A DNA stretch of 64,000 nt from Acidobacteriota bacterium (GTDB taxonomy: Bacteria > Acidobacteriota > UBA6911 > RPQK01 > JAJDTT01), in NCBI GenBank assembly GCA_965217775.1, contig CBDCJH010000002.1:2720001-2784000 (forward strand), in the 5' to 3' direction. This document shows positions 10,221 to 21,874 of the stretch, piece after piece (within the stretch, counting starts at the first letter, position 1; the number at the start of each line of letters is the position of its first letter). The position numbers and the translations under genes were made by a program. The notes under the pieces are model-generated. The model made no database searches and had not been told where the DNA came from. It worked only from the letters and a program-made list of their open reading frames with translations.

Positions 10221-11687
10221 TCAGGCCAGGATTCGGTCCAACACCTCGCCGTGGACGTCGGTGAGGCGGAAATGGCGGCCCTGGTACTTGTAGGTCAGCC
10301 GCGTGTGGTCGATGCCCAGGCAGTGGAGGAGGGTGGCCTGCAGGTCGTGGACGTGGACCGGGTCCCGGGTGATGTTGTAGGAGAACTCGTCGGTCTCCCC
10401 CAGGACCACGCCCGGACGGACGCCGCCGCCGGTCATCCAGATGGTGAAGCACCGGGGATGATGGTCGCGGCCGTAGTCGGACTCGGTCAGCGGTCCCTGG
10501 CAGTAGACGGTCCGCCCGAACTCGCCGCCCCAGACCACCAGCGTGTCCTCCAGCATTCCCCTCTGCTTCAGGTCCTGCACCAGCGCGGCGGAGGCCTGGT
10601 CGGTGGCCTTGCACTGCTTGGGGAGGGCGGTGGGCAGCTTCCCGTGTTGATCCCAACCCCGGTGGAAGACCTGGATGAATCTCACCCCCCGCTCGGCCAG
10701 GCGCCGGGCGAGCAGACAGTTGGAGGCGAAGGTGCCCGGCTTTCGGGCGTCCTCGCCGTAGAGCTGGAAGATGTGATCCGGCTCGCCGGACAGGTCGGTG
10801 AGCTCGGGCACGGAGGTCTGCATGCGAAAGGCCATTTCGTATTGGGAGATCCGGGCCGAGATCTCGGGGTCGCCCGACTCTTCCAGCTTGATCCGGTTCA
10901 AGCGGTTCAGGGCATCCAGAAAATGCCGGCGGCTATCCCGTCCGAAGCCCTTGGGATCGGAGAGGTAGAGGACCGGATCTCCGACCGAGCGGAACTTGAC
11001 CCCCTGGTAGCGGCTGGGCAGGAAACCGCTTCCCCAGAGGCGGTCGTAGAGCGGCTGTCCTCCGGTCCCCTGGGTGACCATGACCACGAACGCCGGCAGG
11101 TTGCTGTTCTCGTTCCCCAGACCGTAGGCCAACCAGGAGCCCAGACTGGGCCGCCCCGCGATCTGCGCGCCGGTGAGGAGAAAGGTGACGGCCGGATCGT
11201 GATTGATGGCCTCCGTATGCATGGACCGGATGAAGCAGAGGTCGTCGGCGATCTCGGCGGTCCGGGGCAGGAGTTCGCTGATCCAGGCTCCCGACTGGCC
11301 GTGTTGGGCGAACTCGTAGATGGACGGAGCCACGGGAAAACTGCCCTGTTCGGAGGTCATGCTGGTGAGCCGCTGGCCCTGGCGGATGGACTCGGGCAGT
11401 TCCTCGCCGCGGCGGGGGGCCAGGGCCGGCTTGTAGTCGAAAAGGTCCATCTGGGAGGGCCCCCCCGACTGGAACAGCCAGATCACCCGCTTGGCCGTGG
11501 GGGCGAAGTGGGGCAGGGGTGGGACTCCGGGCAAAGCCGCTGTTCGTGTCCCGTCTACGGCGGTCTTTGCAGCCTGAAGGTCTTCCTGGAGCAGCGACCC
11601 CAGGGCGGCGGTCCCGATTCCGGCGGCTGTGGCGCCGAAGAAATGGCGACGGGTCTGCATCAGTCGATATCGGTTCCAGGGATCCAT
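10221..11687 (-). CDS. DUF1501 domain protein
   Basis: Tat-like [40 protein letters not shown]. Confidence 0.9.
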   Translation of the reverse strand: MDPWNRYRLMQTRRHFFGATAAGIGTAALGSLLQEDLQAAKTAVDGTRTAALPGVPPLPHFAPTAKRVIWLFQSGGPSQMDLFDYKPALAPRRGEELPESIRQGQRLTSMTSEQGSFPVAPSIYEFAQHGQSGAWISELLPRTAEIADDLCFIRSMHTEAINHDPAVTFLLTGAQIAGRPSLGSWLAYGLGNENSNLPAFVVMVTQGTGGQPLYDRLWGSGFLPSRYQGVKFRSVGDPVLYLSDPKGFGRDSRRHFLDALNRLNRIKLEESGDPEISARISQYEMAFRMQTSVPELTDLSGEPDHIFQLYGEDARKPGTFASNCLLARRLAERGVRFIQVFHRGWDQHGKLPTALPKQCKATDQASAALVQDLKQRGMLEDTLVVWGGEFGRTVYCQGPLTESDYGRDHHPRCFTIWMTGGGVRPGVVLGETDEFSYNITRDPVHVHDLQATLLHCLGIDHTRLTYKYQGRHFRLTDVHGEVLDRILA

Positions 11688-11694
11688 GGCGGCG

Positions 11695-14600
11695 TCACTC
11701 CTTGGTAATGGCCTCGTCCAGGTTCAGGATAACGCTGGCGAGGCCGGCGTAGGAAGCCAATTCTTGCGGGTTCAGATTCTCATTCCGGGCCGACGCGCCT
11801 GCGGAGAGGTAGTCCAGTGCCTCCCGGGGCCGGGACTTGAAGTCCTGCTCGAACCGCTCCAGGGCCTGGAAAAGAGCGGTCTGCTCGGACGGCCGGGGCC
11901 AGCGGGCGGTGACCAGACGGAAACCGTAGGCGACACGAGCCAGAGGTGTGGCGCCGCCCTCCACGAGCATGCGCTCGGCCAGACGGCGGGACGTCTCCAG
12001 ATAGGTCTCGTCGTTCATCAGGTTCAGGGCCTGCAGCGGCGTGTTGGTGCGGTCGGTCCGCACCACACAGGCTTCGCGGGTGGAGGCGTCGAACGTCACC
12101 ATGGCCGGCGGCGCTATGGTCCGTCTCCAGTACGTATAGAGACTTCGGCGATAGAGGCTCGCGCCCTGGTCGGCTTCGTAGCCCCGCGTGCGGAACGTCA
12201 ACTCCGTCCAGAGACCGGGGGGCTGGTAGGGCTTGACCGACGGTCCCCCCGGTTTCTCCACCAGAAGCTCCGAAACGGCCAGGGCCTGGTCCCGGATCAC
12301 CTGGGCCGGGAGGCGAAAACGGGGCGCCCGGGCCAGCAACAGGTTCTCCGGGTCCCGCTCGGACAGCTCCGGCGACTGACGGGAGGACTGGCGGTAGGTG
12401 GCGCTGGTCACCACGGTTCTGAGCAACGCCTTGACGTCCCAGCCGCTCTCCATGAACTCCGCGGCCAACCAGTCCAGCAGCCGGGGATGGGTGGGCCGGT
12501 CGCCCTGGGAGCCGAAGTCCTCGGGAGTCCGAACCAGACCGGCTCCGAACAGCTTCTGCCAGAGACGGTTCACCGTCACCCGAGCCGTCAAGGGGTTGGA
12601 CCGATCCACCAACCAACGAGCCAGGCCCAGGCGGTCCGGGACCGGCGCCTCGAACTTCGAGTCCAGGGCCGCCGGGACCCCCGGCTTCACCGGCTCCGTG
12701 TGGGCGTCATAGGCGCCCCGGTCCAGAATGTAGGTCTGGCGCCGCTGGGACCGCTCCTTCATGACCATCACAGTGGGAATGGTGTCGTAGTGGTCCTGGC
12801 GCCGTTGCTGCGCCTCCCGCAGTTCCTGGACGGCCTGCCGAACGGCCTCCGGGGCGTGTCCGCCCTCCAGGAAACAGAGGTCCAGCTTGTCCTGCCGGGT
12901 GACACTGCGTTTCGATGGATCCAGGGCCGCGATCTCCGAGACCGGATCCAGGAGGCCGATCACCCGCGCTTCCCGGTCCGAGAGTGCCCGATCGTAGATC
13001 CGGACCTCGTCGATGAACCCGTCGAAGCGGTCGTCGGGACCCTCGCCGGCGCCGATCCGGAGGTCCCGTTTGGGACCCATGGGGTTGAGCAGGAAGTCGA
13101 ACAGCACCACCGGCTCCTGCAGGACGCCGTCCAGGTGGAGCCGGAACCCGCTCGCGTTGCGTTTGCCGTCGTAGCTCAAGACGACGTGATGCCAGCGGTT
13201 CCGCTCCAGGACCTGCTCCGTCTCCAGACGCGCGCCCAGATCCGACCAGCGGTAGGTGAAGTTGAAGCGCAACTTCCCTTCCCTCAGATAAAGGCCGTAG
13301 CCGCGCCCCCGGAACCGGTCCACGACGCTGGAGAGGATGGCCCCCTGGCCGGACCGGGGATAGAACCAGGCGGAGAGGGTGAACGGGTCCATGTAGTCGA
13401 AGCTGGCGACGGGACCGCCGTTGACGAACCGCCCGTCGAAGCGGCCCGCCTGACCCTTTCGTCCGGGCACGAATTCCAGTTTCGGCTCCGGGCCTCCGTC
13501 CAGGAAGGGAGGTTCGGGCAACGGCTCCTCCGGCTCGGCCGCCGTCGCCTTCTCCTTGGCCTGTTCCTTCTCTTTCTCCTTCTTCTTCTCGGCTTCCTCC
13601 TCCCATACCCGCTTCAGGTTCCCTGTGGTCTCGACCCAATCGCGGTCCAGGGGGAAATGCACCAGCAGGCCCCGATCCAGGGTCCAGTCCTCGCGCCGGC
13701 CCTGTTCCCGGACTTCCTCTTCCCAGGTGCGCTGGGCTCTTCTCCGTTCGTCTTCCAACTCCTCGAGGCGGAGGCTGACCATCCGAACCTGGTCGTCCAG
13801 CTCCTCCAGACGCGCTTCCTGCGACGCCGTCGGCGCCTTGGCCACCGGATCTTCGTTGCCGTAGTTGTAGACGAAGCCCCGCTCGGGGACGTTGTTGAAG
13901 AAGGCGAAGAACCGGTAGTACTCCCGCTGGCTGATGGGGTCGTACTTGTGATCGTGGCAGCGGGCGCACCCCACCGTCAGCCCCATCCAGACGGTCGAGG
14001 TGGTCTCCACCCGGTCGGCCACGTACTCGACCCGCAGCTCCTCGTCGATGGAGCCCCCTTCGGCGCTGGTCCGGTGGTTCCGGTTGAATCCGGTGGCGAC
14101 GATCTGATCCCGTGTCGCTCCCTCCACCAGATCCCCCGCCAGTTGCTCGATGGTGAACTGATGGAAACCGAGGTTCCGGTTGAAGGCGTCGATGACCCAG
14201 TCCCGCCAGCGCCACATCTGACGGATGCCGTCACTCTGGTAGCCGTTGGTGTCGGCGTAGCGGGCCGCTTCGAGCCAGCGAGCCGCCATGTGCTCCCCGT
14301 ACCGGGTGGAGCCCAGCAGGCGGTCCACCAGCTTCTCGTAGGCGTCGGGCGCAGGATCCCGCAAGAAGCGGTCCAGATCCTGGGATGAGGGAGGCAGACC
14401 CGTCAGGTCCAGGGTCACCCGCCGGATCAGCGTCTCCCGTGCGGCCTGGGGCGAGGGCGCGAGGCCGTTCTCTTCCAGGCGGTGCAGGACGAAGGCGTCC
14501 AGACCGTTGCGAACCCATCCGCGATTTTGGACTGGAGGCGGGTTTGGCCTGCGGACCGGGAGGAAGGCCCAGTGAGGCTGCCACCGGGCGCCCTGGTCGA

Positions 14601-14973
14601 TCCAGTTCTCGACCTGGCGAATCTGGAGATCGCTCAAGGGCTCGTGGCCCAGAAAGCCGGGCGGCATTCGGGAGGCCGCATCGGGGCTGGAGATCCTTTG
14701 GAAGAGGGGGCTCTGCCGGGCGCTGCCGGGAACCACGACTGGCCCCTTTCCGTCCCGCTCCGCGGCGATGCCGTCAGCGGTGTCCAGACGCAGGGAGGCT
14801 TGGCGCTGGCCGGCGTCGGGGCCGTGGCAGGAGAAGCATTTCTCGGAGAGGATGGGGCGAATGTCGCGGTTGAAGTCGATGTCGGAAGGGGCGGTTTTCG
14901 CGGCCGCCAGTCCCGGGAGGGCAACTGCCAGACACCAGCCTAAAAAGCAGATCACGGACCGAAGTTCTGGCAT
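11695..14973 (-). CDS. Planctomycete cytochrome c/DUF1549/DUF1553 protein with LamG insert
   Basis: [41 protein letters not shown]...[22 protein letters not shown]. Confidence 0.9.
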   Translation of the reverse strand: MPELRSVICFLGWCLAVALPGLAAAKTAPSDIDFNRDIRPILSEKCFSCHGPDAGQRQASLRLDTADGIAAERDGKGPVVVPGSARQSPLFQRISSPDAASRMPPGFLGHEPLSDLQIRQVENWIDQGARWQPHWAFLPVRRPNPPPVQNRGWVRNGLDAFVLHRLEENGLAPSPQAARETLIRRVTLDLTGLPPSSQDLDRFLRDPAPDAYEKLVDRLLGSTRYGEHMAARWLEAARYADTNGYQSDGIRQMWRWRDWVIDAFNRNLGFHQFTIEQLAGDLVEGATRDQIVATGFNRNHRTSAEGGSIDEELRVEYVADRVETTSTVWMGLTVGCARCHDHKYDPISQREYYRFFAFFNNVPERGFVYNYGNEDPVAKAPTASQEARLEELDDQVRMVSLRLEELEDERRRAQRTWEEEVREQGRREDWTLDRGLLVHFPLDRDWVETTGNLKRVWEEEAEKKKEKEKEQAKEKATAAEPEEPLPEPPFLDGGPEPKLEFVPGRKGQAGRFDGRFVNGGPVASFDYMDPFTLSAWFYPRSGQGAILSSVVDRFRGRGYGLYLREGKLRFNFTYRWSDLGARLETEQVLERNRWHHVVLSYDGKRNASGFRLHLDGVLQEPVVLFDFLLNPMGPKRDLRIGAGEGPDDRFDGFIDEVRIYDRALSDREARVIGLLDPVSEIAALDPSKRSVTRQDKLDLCFLEGGHAPEAVRQAVQELREAQQRRQDHYDTIPTVMVMKERSQRRQTYILDRGAYDAHTEPVKPGVPAALDSKFEAPVPDRLGLARWLVDRSNPLTARVTVNRLWQKLFGAGLVRTPEDFGSQGDRPTHPRLLDWLAAEFMESGWDVKALLRTVVTSATYRQSSRQSPELSERDPENLLLARAPRFRLPAQVIRDQALAVSELLVEKPGGPSVKPYQPPGLWTELTFRTRGYEADQGASLYRRSLYTYWRRTIAPPAMVTFDASTREACVVRTDRTNTPLQALNLMNDETYLETSRRLAERMLVEGGATPLARVAYGFRLVTARWPRPSEQTALFQALERFEQDFKSRPREALDYLSAGASARNENLNPQELASYAGLASVILNLDEAITKE

Positions 14974-15067
14974 GATCCCCCGCGGCCATCCCCGGTCGGA
15001 TGCCGTAATGACAGTTGCCGACGGCTGGGAGACATCATAGTCAAGAGGGGTTGCTCAGGCAACGACA

Positions 15068-15236
15068 GGAGGGGCGATTTCCAGTCGCCCATTCTTCGTT
15101 TTGCCCACTTGGAAGACGCTACGCGGAGTGGGGACTCCGTCCTCCCAAGACCCCCCTGGTCGGCGGTTGGAAACCGCCGCTCCTCGGCGACAAGAAAGTC
15201 GCTCCCCCCCAATCGGCGATTGGAAATCGCCGCTCC
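15068..15236. repeat. REP cluster (BIME-like)
   Basis: GGGCGATTTCCAGTCGCCC, GGCGGTTGGAAACCGCCGCTCC, GGCGACAAGAAAGTCGC, GGCGATTGGAAATCGCCGCTCC. Confidence 0.85.
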
Positions 15237-15298
15237 AGCCGATTCTCAAGTAGGATAGCGGCTGAGTTTGGATCGGGGAGCCACGGAGGGCGCAGATT

Positions 15299-16606
15299 TT
15301 GGACCAGACGACAGGCAGCTTGCGGGCGGCCAGAGCACCCGCTTCTCGCCGAGCCGTCGTTTCCTGGTGCTTTTACGACTTCGCCAATTCCCCCTTCACC
15401 ACCTTGGTGGTGACCTTCATCTATTCATCCTACTTCACCCAGGCCATTGCCCCCGACGCGATCTCGGGGACGCTGTCATGGTCCCGGGCCGTTACCATCA
15501 CCGCCTTGGCCGTGGCTCTGCTGTCGCCGATTCTGGGAGTGGTGGCCGATCAAGGCGGCTACCGCAAGTTCTTCCTGCTGCTCTGGACCGGCGCCTGCGT
15601 CCTCTTCACGGCCCTGCTCTACCTGCCCCTCCCGGGCCAGGTCTTCCAGGCTCTGCTCTGGTTCACTCTGGCCAACATCGCTTTCGAACTGTCCTTGGTC
15701 TTCTACAACGCAATGCTTCCGGATATCGCTCCCCAAAATCGCATCGGGCGCATCTCCGGGTATGGGTGGTCCCTGGGTTATGTGGGCGGACTCGCCGCCA
15801 TGGCCGTGGCTTTCGTGGGTTTCGTGGATGCGGCCACTCCCTGGTTCGGTTTCAGCCGGGAGGCCGGTTCGCACATTCGGGCCACGAACCTGGTGGTCGC
15901 CGCCTGGTATGCCGTCTTCACCGTGCCCCTGCTGCTCTGGGTTCGAGAGGTCCAGCCTCGAGCCCGGTTGTCGTCCCGAATGCTGTTGTCTTCCTTCCAC
16001 CATCTGGCGGTCGCCCTCCGCGACGTGCGCCGTTACCGGGAAATCACCAAGCTCCTCCTGGCCCGGCTGCTGTACAACGACGGTCTGGTGACCATCTTCG
16101 CCTTCGGCGGGATCTATGCCACCGGGACCTTCGGCTTCACCTTCTCGGAACTGATGATCTTCGGGCTGGCCCTGAATGTGGCGGCCGGCGTCGGCGCCTT
16201 CTTACTAGGGCACTTGGACGACCGGATCGGCGGGAAGCGGACCATCCAGATCAGCCTCTGGGGGCTCATCATCGCCGCCTTCGTCGCCATCCTGACCAGC
16301 AGCCGCGCCATGTTCTGGGGCGCCTGCATCCTGATCGGCATCTGCTCCGGTCCCAACCAGTCCGCCAGCCGTTCTCTCCTGGGCCGTTTCGTCCCGCGGG
16401 ACAAGGAGAACGAGTTCTACGGCCTCTTCGCCTTCTCGGGCAAGGCGACCGCCTTTCTGGGACCCTTTCTGGTGGGCGTTTTGACCAGCCATTTCGACTC
16501 CCAGAGGGTGGGCATGTCGACCATGATCCTCTTCTTCGCCGCCGGCCTCTGGCTCCTCCGGTACGTCGACGAGGAAAAGGGCTGCCGGGAGTCGGGAAGG
16601 AACTGA
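15299..16606 (+). CDS. MFS transporter (UMF1/Atg22-like)
   Basis: SWCFYDFANSPF, FYNAMLPDIA, GRISGYGWSLGYVGG. Start uncertain. Confidence 0.85.
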   Translation: MDQTTGSLRAARAPASRRAVVSWCFYDFANSPFTTLVVTFIYSSYFTQAIAPDAISGTLSWSRAVTITALAVALLSPILGVVADQGGYRKFFLLLWTGACVLFTALLYLPLPGQVFQALLWFTLANIAFELSLVFYNAMLPDIAPQNRIGRISGYGWSLGYVGGLAAMAVAFVGFVDAATPWFGFSREAGSHIRATNLVVAAWYAVFTVPLLLWVREVQPRARLSSRMLLSSFHHLAVALRDVRRYREITKLLLARLLYNDGLVTIFAFGGIYATGTFGFTFSELMIFGLALNVAAGVGAFLLGHLDDRIGGKRTIQISLWGLIIAAFVAILTSSRAMFWGACILIGICSGPNQSASRSLLGRFVPRDKENEFYGLFAFSGKATAFLGPFLVGVLTSHFDSQRVGMSTMILFFAAGLWLLRYVDEEKGCRESGRN

Positions 16607-16711
16607 TGCCGCTACAAGGCAGGTGCCGTTCGACATCCCCGATGGGACCGGGTTATCCTTTCGCGGGTTTGTGATTCCGGCGTTTGGAAAAATCAGTGTG
16701 AGGAGAATTTC

Positions 16712-18043
16712 ATGACTCAGAGCGTTGCCACGATAGCGGAAAGTTTTCGAGCCCGGACGGCTCGTTCGCGCGAACTGTACGAGGGAGGGACCTCGTATAC
16801 GGCGGGTCCGGCCAAGGGGGCCTACTACTACCGTCCCTATCCTCTCACCATGGACCGGGGAGAGGGCACTCGTCTCTGGGACGTAGACGGGAACGAATAC
16901 CTGGATTGCGCCAATCACCACACGGCCCAGGTGCTCGGGCACAACCATCCTCGAGTGACGGAGGCCGTCTACGCCCAGATTCCCAGGGGCTTGGCCGTGG
17001 GCGCTCCCATGGGGACGGAAGCCCCCATCGCCGAGGAGATGTGCCGAAGGGTCGACTCTCTGGACCGGATCCGCTTCGTCAATTCGGGAACCGAAGCCAC
17101 CCTGCACGCGATTCGGCTGGCTCGCGGATTTACCGGGAAGACGAAGATCGCCAAGTTCGAAGGGGGCTATCACGGCAGTCATGATCCGGTGGAGGTCAGC
17201 GTGGCGCCGCCTCTGGCCAAGGCGGGCCCGGCCCACGCGCCCAACTCGGTTCCGGGGGCGGGGGGGAGTTCTCCCAGCGTGGCCGATGAGGTCGTGGTCC
17301 TGCCCTATGACGACGAAGAGGCGGTGGAACGGCTCATCGTGGAGAACCGGGAAGATCTGGCCTGCGTCATTTTCGATCCCAAGTGCGGGATCCTGCCCAT
17401 CCGGCCCGAATTTGCCCAGGCGGTGCGACGGATCACGCGGGAGAACGGCGTCCTCCTCATCTTCGACGAGATCGTCGCCTTCCGCACGGCTCCGGGAGGG
17501 CTCCAGGCCGTATTCGGCATCGACCCCGACCTGACCTGCTTCGGGAAGATCGTGGGCGGCGGGTTCCCCGTCGGTGCCTTCGGGGGGCGGGCCGACCTGA
17601 TGGATCTCCTGGACAGCAGCAAGCCGGGGACCGGGTTTTCCCAGAGCGGGACCTTCAGCGCCCATCCCCTGGCCATGGCGGCCGGCCTGGCGATGCTCCA
17701 GGAACTGACGCCCGAAGCCTGCGATCACCTGAACCGGCTCGGGGACCGTCTCACCAGCGGCCTCAACCGGATGTTCGCCCGCAGAGGCATCATCGCCCAG
17801 GCCGTCAACACCGGCTCCGTCTTCAGCATCTACTTCGGCGACCACGAGCTGCGGAACTACCGCGACCTGGCCGCCCTCGACAGTTCACTCGTGGCTCCCA
17901 CCTTCCTGGCGCTGCTGGAGGAGGGCTACTTCGTGGGTCACACGCTGGGCATGTGTGCGCTCTCGGTGCCGATGACCGACGGCGATATCGACGGACTGAT
18001 CGAAGCGACCGGCCGGGCCATCGTCCGGGCTCAAGCCGAATAG
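16712..18043 (+). CDS. Class III aminotransferase (glutamate-1-semialdehyde aminomutase-like)
   Basis: NSGTEAT, FEGGYHG, LIFDEI, FGKIVGGGFPVGAFGG, SGTFSAHP. Confidence 0.85.
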   Translation: MTQSVATIAESFRARTARSRELYEGGTSYTAGPAKGAYYYRPYPLTMDRGEGTRLWDVDGNEYLDCANHHTAQVLGHNHPRVTEAVYAQIPRGLAVGAPMGTEAPIAEEMCRRVDSLDRIRFVNSGTEATLHAIRLARGFTGKTKIAKFEGGYHGSHDPVEVSVAPPLAKAGPAHAPNSVPGAGGSSPSVADEVVVLPYDDEEAVERLIVENREDLACVIFDPKCGILPIRPEFAQAVRRITRENGVLLIFDEIVAFRTAPGGLQAVFGIDPDLTCFGKIVGGGFPVGAFGGRADLMDLLDSSKPGTGFSQSGTFSAHPLAMAAGLAMLQELTPEACDHLNRLGDRLTSGLNRMFARRGIIAQAVNTGSVFSIYFGDHELRNYRDLAALDSSLVAPTFLALLEEGYFVGHTLGMCALSVPMTDGDIDGLIEATGRAIVRAQAE

Positions 18044-18187
18044 GAGCGGCGACTTTTTTGTCGCCGACCAGGGGGGTCTAGGGGGGACGGCCGTCCCCCC
18101 TCGGCGAAGCGTCTTCCAACCGGGCGAAACGAAGAATGGGCGACTAGAAATCGCCCCTCCCAGTGGGCGATTGGAAATCGCCCCTCC
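18043..18187. repeat. REP cluster between convergent genes
   Basis: GGAGCGGCGACTTTTTTGTCGCC and GGGCGATTGGAAATCGCCCCTCC; essentially an inverted relative of the 15068 cluster. Confidence 0.85.
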
Positions 18188-19230
18188 TATCCACTATTGA
18201 CCACTTGGTTCCGATCCTCACCCTGCAGCGGCAACTCCACCCAGGCGCCGGAGCGGGCGTGGGAGAGGTGGAAGCCGGCGATGGCTTCCAGGGTCTCGAC
18301 CGCTTCGACGGCCGGATAGGGGAAGGGGGCGGTCCTTTCCAACCAGTCGACGATCTCCACGACCGCCACGTCCATGGAGGTGGCTTGGGCCCGGGGACTG
18401 GGCCATTCCTCGTTCAAGCCGTCCCAGTACTCGATCCTCACCTCCTCGCCTCCGGTGGTGGCCCGGCCCTCGGTGCCGTTGAAGCCGATGACCATGGGGA
18501 CCCGGGCGTAGTCGGCGGCGTCCACCGTGGTCATGAGGCCTCCTTGGAGCCGCATCACGCCCCATCCTCCCGGGTCCTGAAACGCGGGTCCGCGGCAATC
18601 GGGTTTGCCGGCCAGATCCAGGGTGCCCGAGACCGCTTCCACCCGGCGGCCGGTGATGAGGCGGATGGCGTCCAAGACGTGGGTCCCCACGTTTCCCAGG
18701 CGTCCGGTGCTCCACTGGGCCGTCACCGAAGTCAGCTCGCCCAGTCCTCCGGCGGCGATATGGTCCCGCAGCCTCCGGTAGTTGGGGTTGAAACGGCGGT
18801 TGTGGTTGATGGCCAGCAACGACCCGGCTTCGTCGCAGGCGTCCACCATGTCGTGGCCGTCGGCCACGGTGTTGGCGATGGGTTTCTCGCAGAAGATGGC
18901 CCGGACCCCCTGCCGGGCAGAGGCCACCGTCATCTCCTTGTGGACCGGAGTATAGGTGGCCACGCTCACGATGTCGGCATTTTCCTTCTCCAGCATCTCA
19001 CGCCAGTCCGCATAGGTCCCGATCCCGGTCCGTTCGGTGAACCGTTCCCGCCGGCCCAGGTCCCGGCTGCTACCGGCCACCACCTCGACCCGGGGATGGT
19101 TGGCCAAGGCGTCGATGTGGGTCCCGTCCAGGTCCACCACCAACTGGCCCAACGCGTCTCCGGAAACCTGGTCCGCGCCGCCGATGTAGCCCAGACCCAT
19201 GATCACTGCCCGATGCGATTGATTCGTCAT
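18187..19230 (-). CDS. Gfo/Idh/MocA oxidoreductase
   Basis: GLGYIG, FCEKP, NHNRRF, GTHVLD. Confidence 0.9.
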   Translation of the reverse strand: MTNQSHRAVIMGLGYIGGADQVSGDALGQLVVDLDGTHIDALANHPRVEVVAGSSRDLGRRERFTERTGIGTYADWREMLEKENADIVSVATYTPVHKEMTVASARQGVRAIFCEKPIANTVADGHDMVDACDEAGSLLAINHNRRFNPNYRRLRDHIAAGGLGELTSVTAQWSTGRLGNVGTHVLDAIRLITGRRVEAVSGTLDLAGKPDCRGPAFQDPGGWGVMRLQGGLMTTVDAADYARVPMVIGFNGTEGRATTGGEEVRIEYWDGLNEEWPSPRAQATSMDVAVVEIVDWLERTAPFPYPAVEAVETLEAIAGFHLSHARSGAWVELPLQGEDRNQVVNSG

Positions 19231-19461
19231 TCGTTTCACTCCCAAATGTTTTTCTGTCAGATGTCCAAACCGGCCTCAAGATACCGCAAAACGAGGAGGG
19301 AGGAGCGGGTGGCTGGTTCTCACTTTTCTCGCCTCTGGTTATGATGGACCGTTCCATCGACAACAATTCGTCGATCGATCTGGAAACACTTGTGGAATGC
19401 CGGTGGGTTCCCTGTCGATCGCCTGTGGATTCCTTGTGGATCCACGACTGGAGGGATTTCC

Positions 19462-21342
19462 ATGACGGCACAACGAATCTGGTTGCCGGTGGCTGCGGCC
19501 GCCGTCGCCATCGGATTGACTCTCACCTCCCACGCTCGGCCTCCCGAAGGCCCGATTCAGGTCCGGATCTGGAAAAACGTCATGGTGCCGATGCGCGACG
19601 GCGTCCGCCTGGCCACCGACGTCTACCTGCCCAATGGCGAGACCACGCCTCCCGGTCCCTTCCCCACCATCCTCATTCGGCACCCCTACGGGAAGAGCAG
19701 ATCGGGCGCGATCGGCGAGTTCTTCACCACCCACGGCTACGCGGTGGCGATCCAGGACGCGCGGGGCCGGTACGACTCGGAGGGGGAATTCTACATCTAC
19801 GTCAACGAGGGCGAGGACGGATACGACGCCGTGGAATGGATCGCCGCCCAACCCTGGTCCAGCGGCGACGTGGGGACCTACGGTGGATCCTATGGCGCCG
19901 CCTGCCAGAACGCTCTGGCGGCCCTCAGACCGCCTCACCTGAGGACCATGTTCGCCTACGTGGGCACCTCCAACTACATCGAGGACGGAGCGGGCCGAGG
20001 GGGCGCATTCGCCTTGCTGCACAACATGGCCTACGGGTTCCGCCTGGCGCAGTTGGGAAAGGAGGCCGAGTCCGGCGACCCCGACCAGGAGGAGGAATCT
20101 CCCACCCGCCTGGCCCTGAACCGGGCCAACGAGCAACTGGCGAGCTGGCTCATGGCGGCTCCCCTAAAGTCCACCTCCCCGTTGTCGTGGACGCCCTCCT
20201 ATGCGAAGTGGTACGCCGACTGGCGGGCGCATCCCACTTACGACGCCTATTGGAAACAGAACGGCTACAACTTCGAGGAGCGCTACTCCCAATACCCCGA
20301 CATCCCCATCTGCTACATCGGCGGCTGGTACGACATCTTCAAGCGGGGAACCTTGAGGAACTTCCAAGGCCTGACCGGGCGCCAGGGTTACGTCCATCTC
20401 CTGGTGGGACCCTGGACCCACTCAACCGGACGGACCTACGCCGGGGACGTGGACTTCGGTCCGGAGGTGAAGATGACGCTCAAGAAGAAGGCGGTGAAGT
20501 GGTTCGACCAGTTCCTCAAGGGAAAGGACCTGGGACTGGACACGCAACCTCCGGTCCGGTACTTCGTCATGGGCGCCGAATCGGCGAAGCGCAACGAGAA
20601 GGGAAGGCTCCAGAGCGGCGGCGCCTGGAAGAGCTCCGACACGTGGCCGCCTGCAGGGTCACGGCAACTGCGCCTGTACCTGCACGGCGACGGCACTCTT
20701 CGCCGCGAGCCGCCTCGGGAAGCGGGTACGAGCGGGTTCGAATGCGACCCCAGGAAACCGGTGCCCACCATCGGGGGCAACATCGATTCCGGCAAGCAAC
20801 TGGTGCGACGGGGCGCCCATAACCAGGTCCCGGTGGAGGGAGAATTCGCGGCCACCGACCTGCTGCCTCTCTCTTCCCGCTCGGACGTGCTCTCCTTTCA
20901 GACGCCGCCCCTGGAAGAGGAACTGGAGATCGCCGGTCCCATGCGGGTGGAGCTCTGGGTCTCCTCCACGGCCAAGGACACCGACTTCACGGCCAAGCTC
21001 ATGGACGTCTATCCCCCCTCGTCCGACTATCCGGAGGGGTACGCCATGAACCTGGAGGACGGAATCCTCCGCATGCGCTTCCGCGAATCCCGGGAACGGG
21101 AGGAGCTGATGGAGCCGGGCACCGTCTACCGGGTGGAGATCGACCTCTGGGACACGGCGAACCGGTTCCGCAAGGGGCACCGGGTCCGCCTGGACATCTC
21201 CAGCAGCAACTTCCCCTTTTATGACGTCAATCCCAACACAGGAGAGTTCCTGGGGCGCCACACCCACATGAAGAGCGCCGTGAACACGGTCTACCATGCG
21301 CCCGATGGAGCCTCGGCGCTGGTCCTGACCGTGCCGGAATAG
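19462..21342 (+). CDS. CocE/NonD family hydrolase, secreted
   Basis: VPMRDGVRLATDVYLP, QDARGRYDSEG, GGSYG, GGWYD, GPWTH. Confidence 0.92.
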   Translation: MTAQRIWLPVAAAAVAIGLTLTSHARPPEGPIQVRIWKNVMVPMRDGVRLATDVYLPNGETTPPGPFPTILIRHPYGKSRSGAIGEFFTTHGYAVAIQDARGRYDSEGEFYIYVNEGEDGYDAVEWIAAQPWSSGDVGTYGGSYGAACQNALAALRPPHLRTMFAYVGTSNYIEDGAGRGGAFALLHNMAYGFRLAQLGKEAESGDPDQEEESPTRLALNRANEQLASWLMAAPLKSTSPLSWTPSYAKWYADWRAHPTYDAYWKQNGYNFEERYSQYPDIPICYIGGWYDIFKRGTLRNFQGLTGRQGYVHLLVGPWTHSTGRTYAGDVDFGPEVKMTLKKKAVKWFDQFLKGKDLGLDTQPPVRYFVMGAESAKRNEKGRLQSGGAWKSSDTWPPAGSRQLRLYLHGDGTLRREPPREAGTSGFECDPRKPVPTIGGNIDSGKQLVRRGAHNQVPVEGEFAATDLLPLSSRSDVLSFQTPPLEEELEIAGPMRVELWVSSTAKDTDFTAKLMDVYPPSSDYPEGYAMNLEDGILRMRFRESREREELMEPGTVYRVEIDLWDTANRFRKGHRVRLDISSSNFPFYDVNPNTGEFLGRHTHMKSAVNTVYHAPDGASALVLTVPE

Positions 21343-21461
21343 CCGCACAGCCCCCCGGCAAGCGGCCCGGCGCAGACCCGAAGTGCTACAATCTGCGGGC
21401 CGGCGAAACCGGGATCACGCCGGCCACGGCAGATTCCACGAAGTTGCGGAGAACACGATCC

Positions 21462-21860
21462 ATGCGAAAATTCACGACTCGACTCGTCCTGAGCCTGTTC
21501 GGTAGCTGTCTGCTCCTGTTGGCCGCCGGCGCCCACGATTGGGAGGCGCCCGAAGAGGCCAAGAAGATGAAGAACCCCCACGCGGCCACCGACGAAGCCA
21601 TGACCCTGGCCAGGACGCAATACGACGAGAACTGCAAGTTCTGCCACGGTGATACCGGCGGTGCTGATGGTCCGGTGGCGGCCATGCTCAAGGAAAAGCC
21701 CCCTCCGTTCAACGAAGCCGAAGCCATGGCGAAGGTCGCCGACGGTGAACTCTTCTGGAAGATCACCAACGGCAAGGACCCCATGCCCGGCTACCAGAAG
21801 AAGCTCTCCGACGAGGAGCGGTGGCAACTGGTGAACTTCATCCGAACCTTCGCCAAGTGA
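21462..21860 (+). CDS. Monoheme cytochrome c
   Basis: Signal peptide, CKFCH, DGELFWKITNG..MP. Confidence 0.85.
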   Translation: MRKFTTRLVLSLFGSCLLLLAAGAHDWEAPEEAKKMKNPHAATDEAMTLARTQYDENCKFCHGDTGGADGPVAAMLKEKPPPFNEAEAMAKVADGELFWKITNGKDPMPGYQKKLSDEERWQLVNFIRTFAK

Positions 21861-21874
21861 TCCGCTCTTCCGGC

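Noticed and set aside
11629-14388. Long antisense or alternate-frame ORFs (e.g. 11629-14388 +, 21791-23845 -, 25817-27925 -, 28257-29777 +)
   Set aside because: Shadow ORFs of high-GC genes with no recognisable motifs.
15068-15236. REP clusters or the 23-bp motif series as a CRISPR array
   Set aside because: Repeats are degenerate, irregularly spaced and of mixed orientation, and there are no cas genes.
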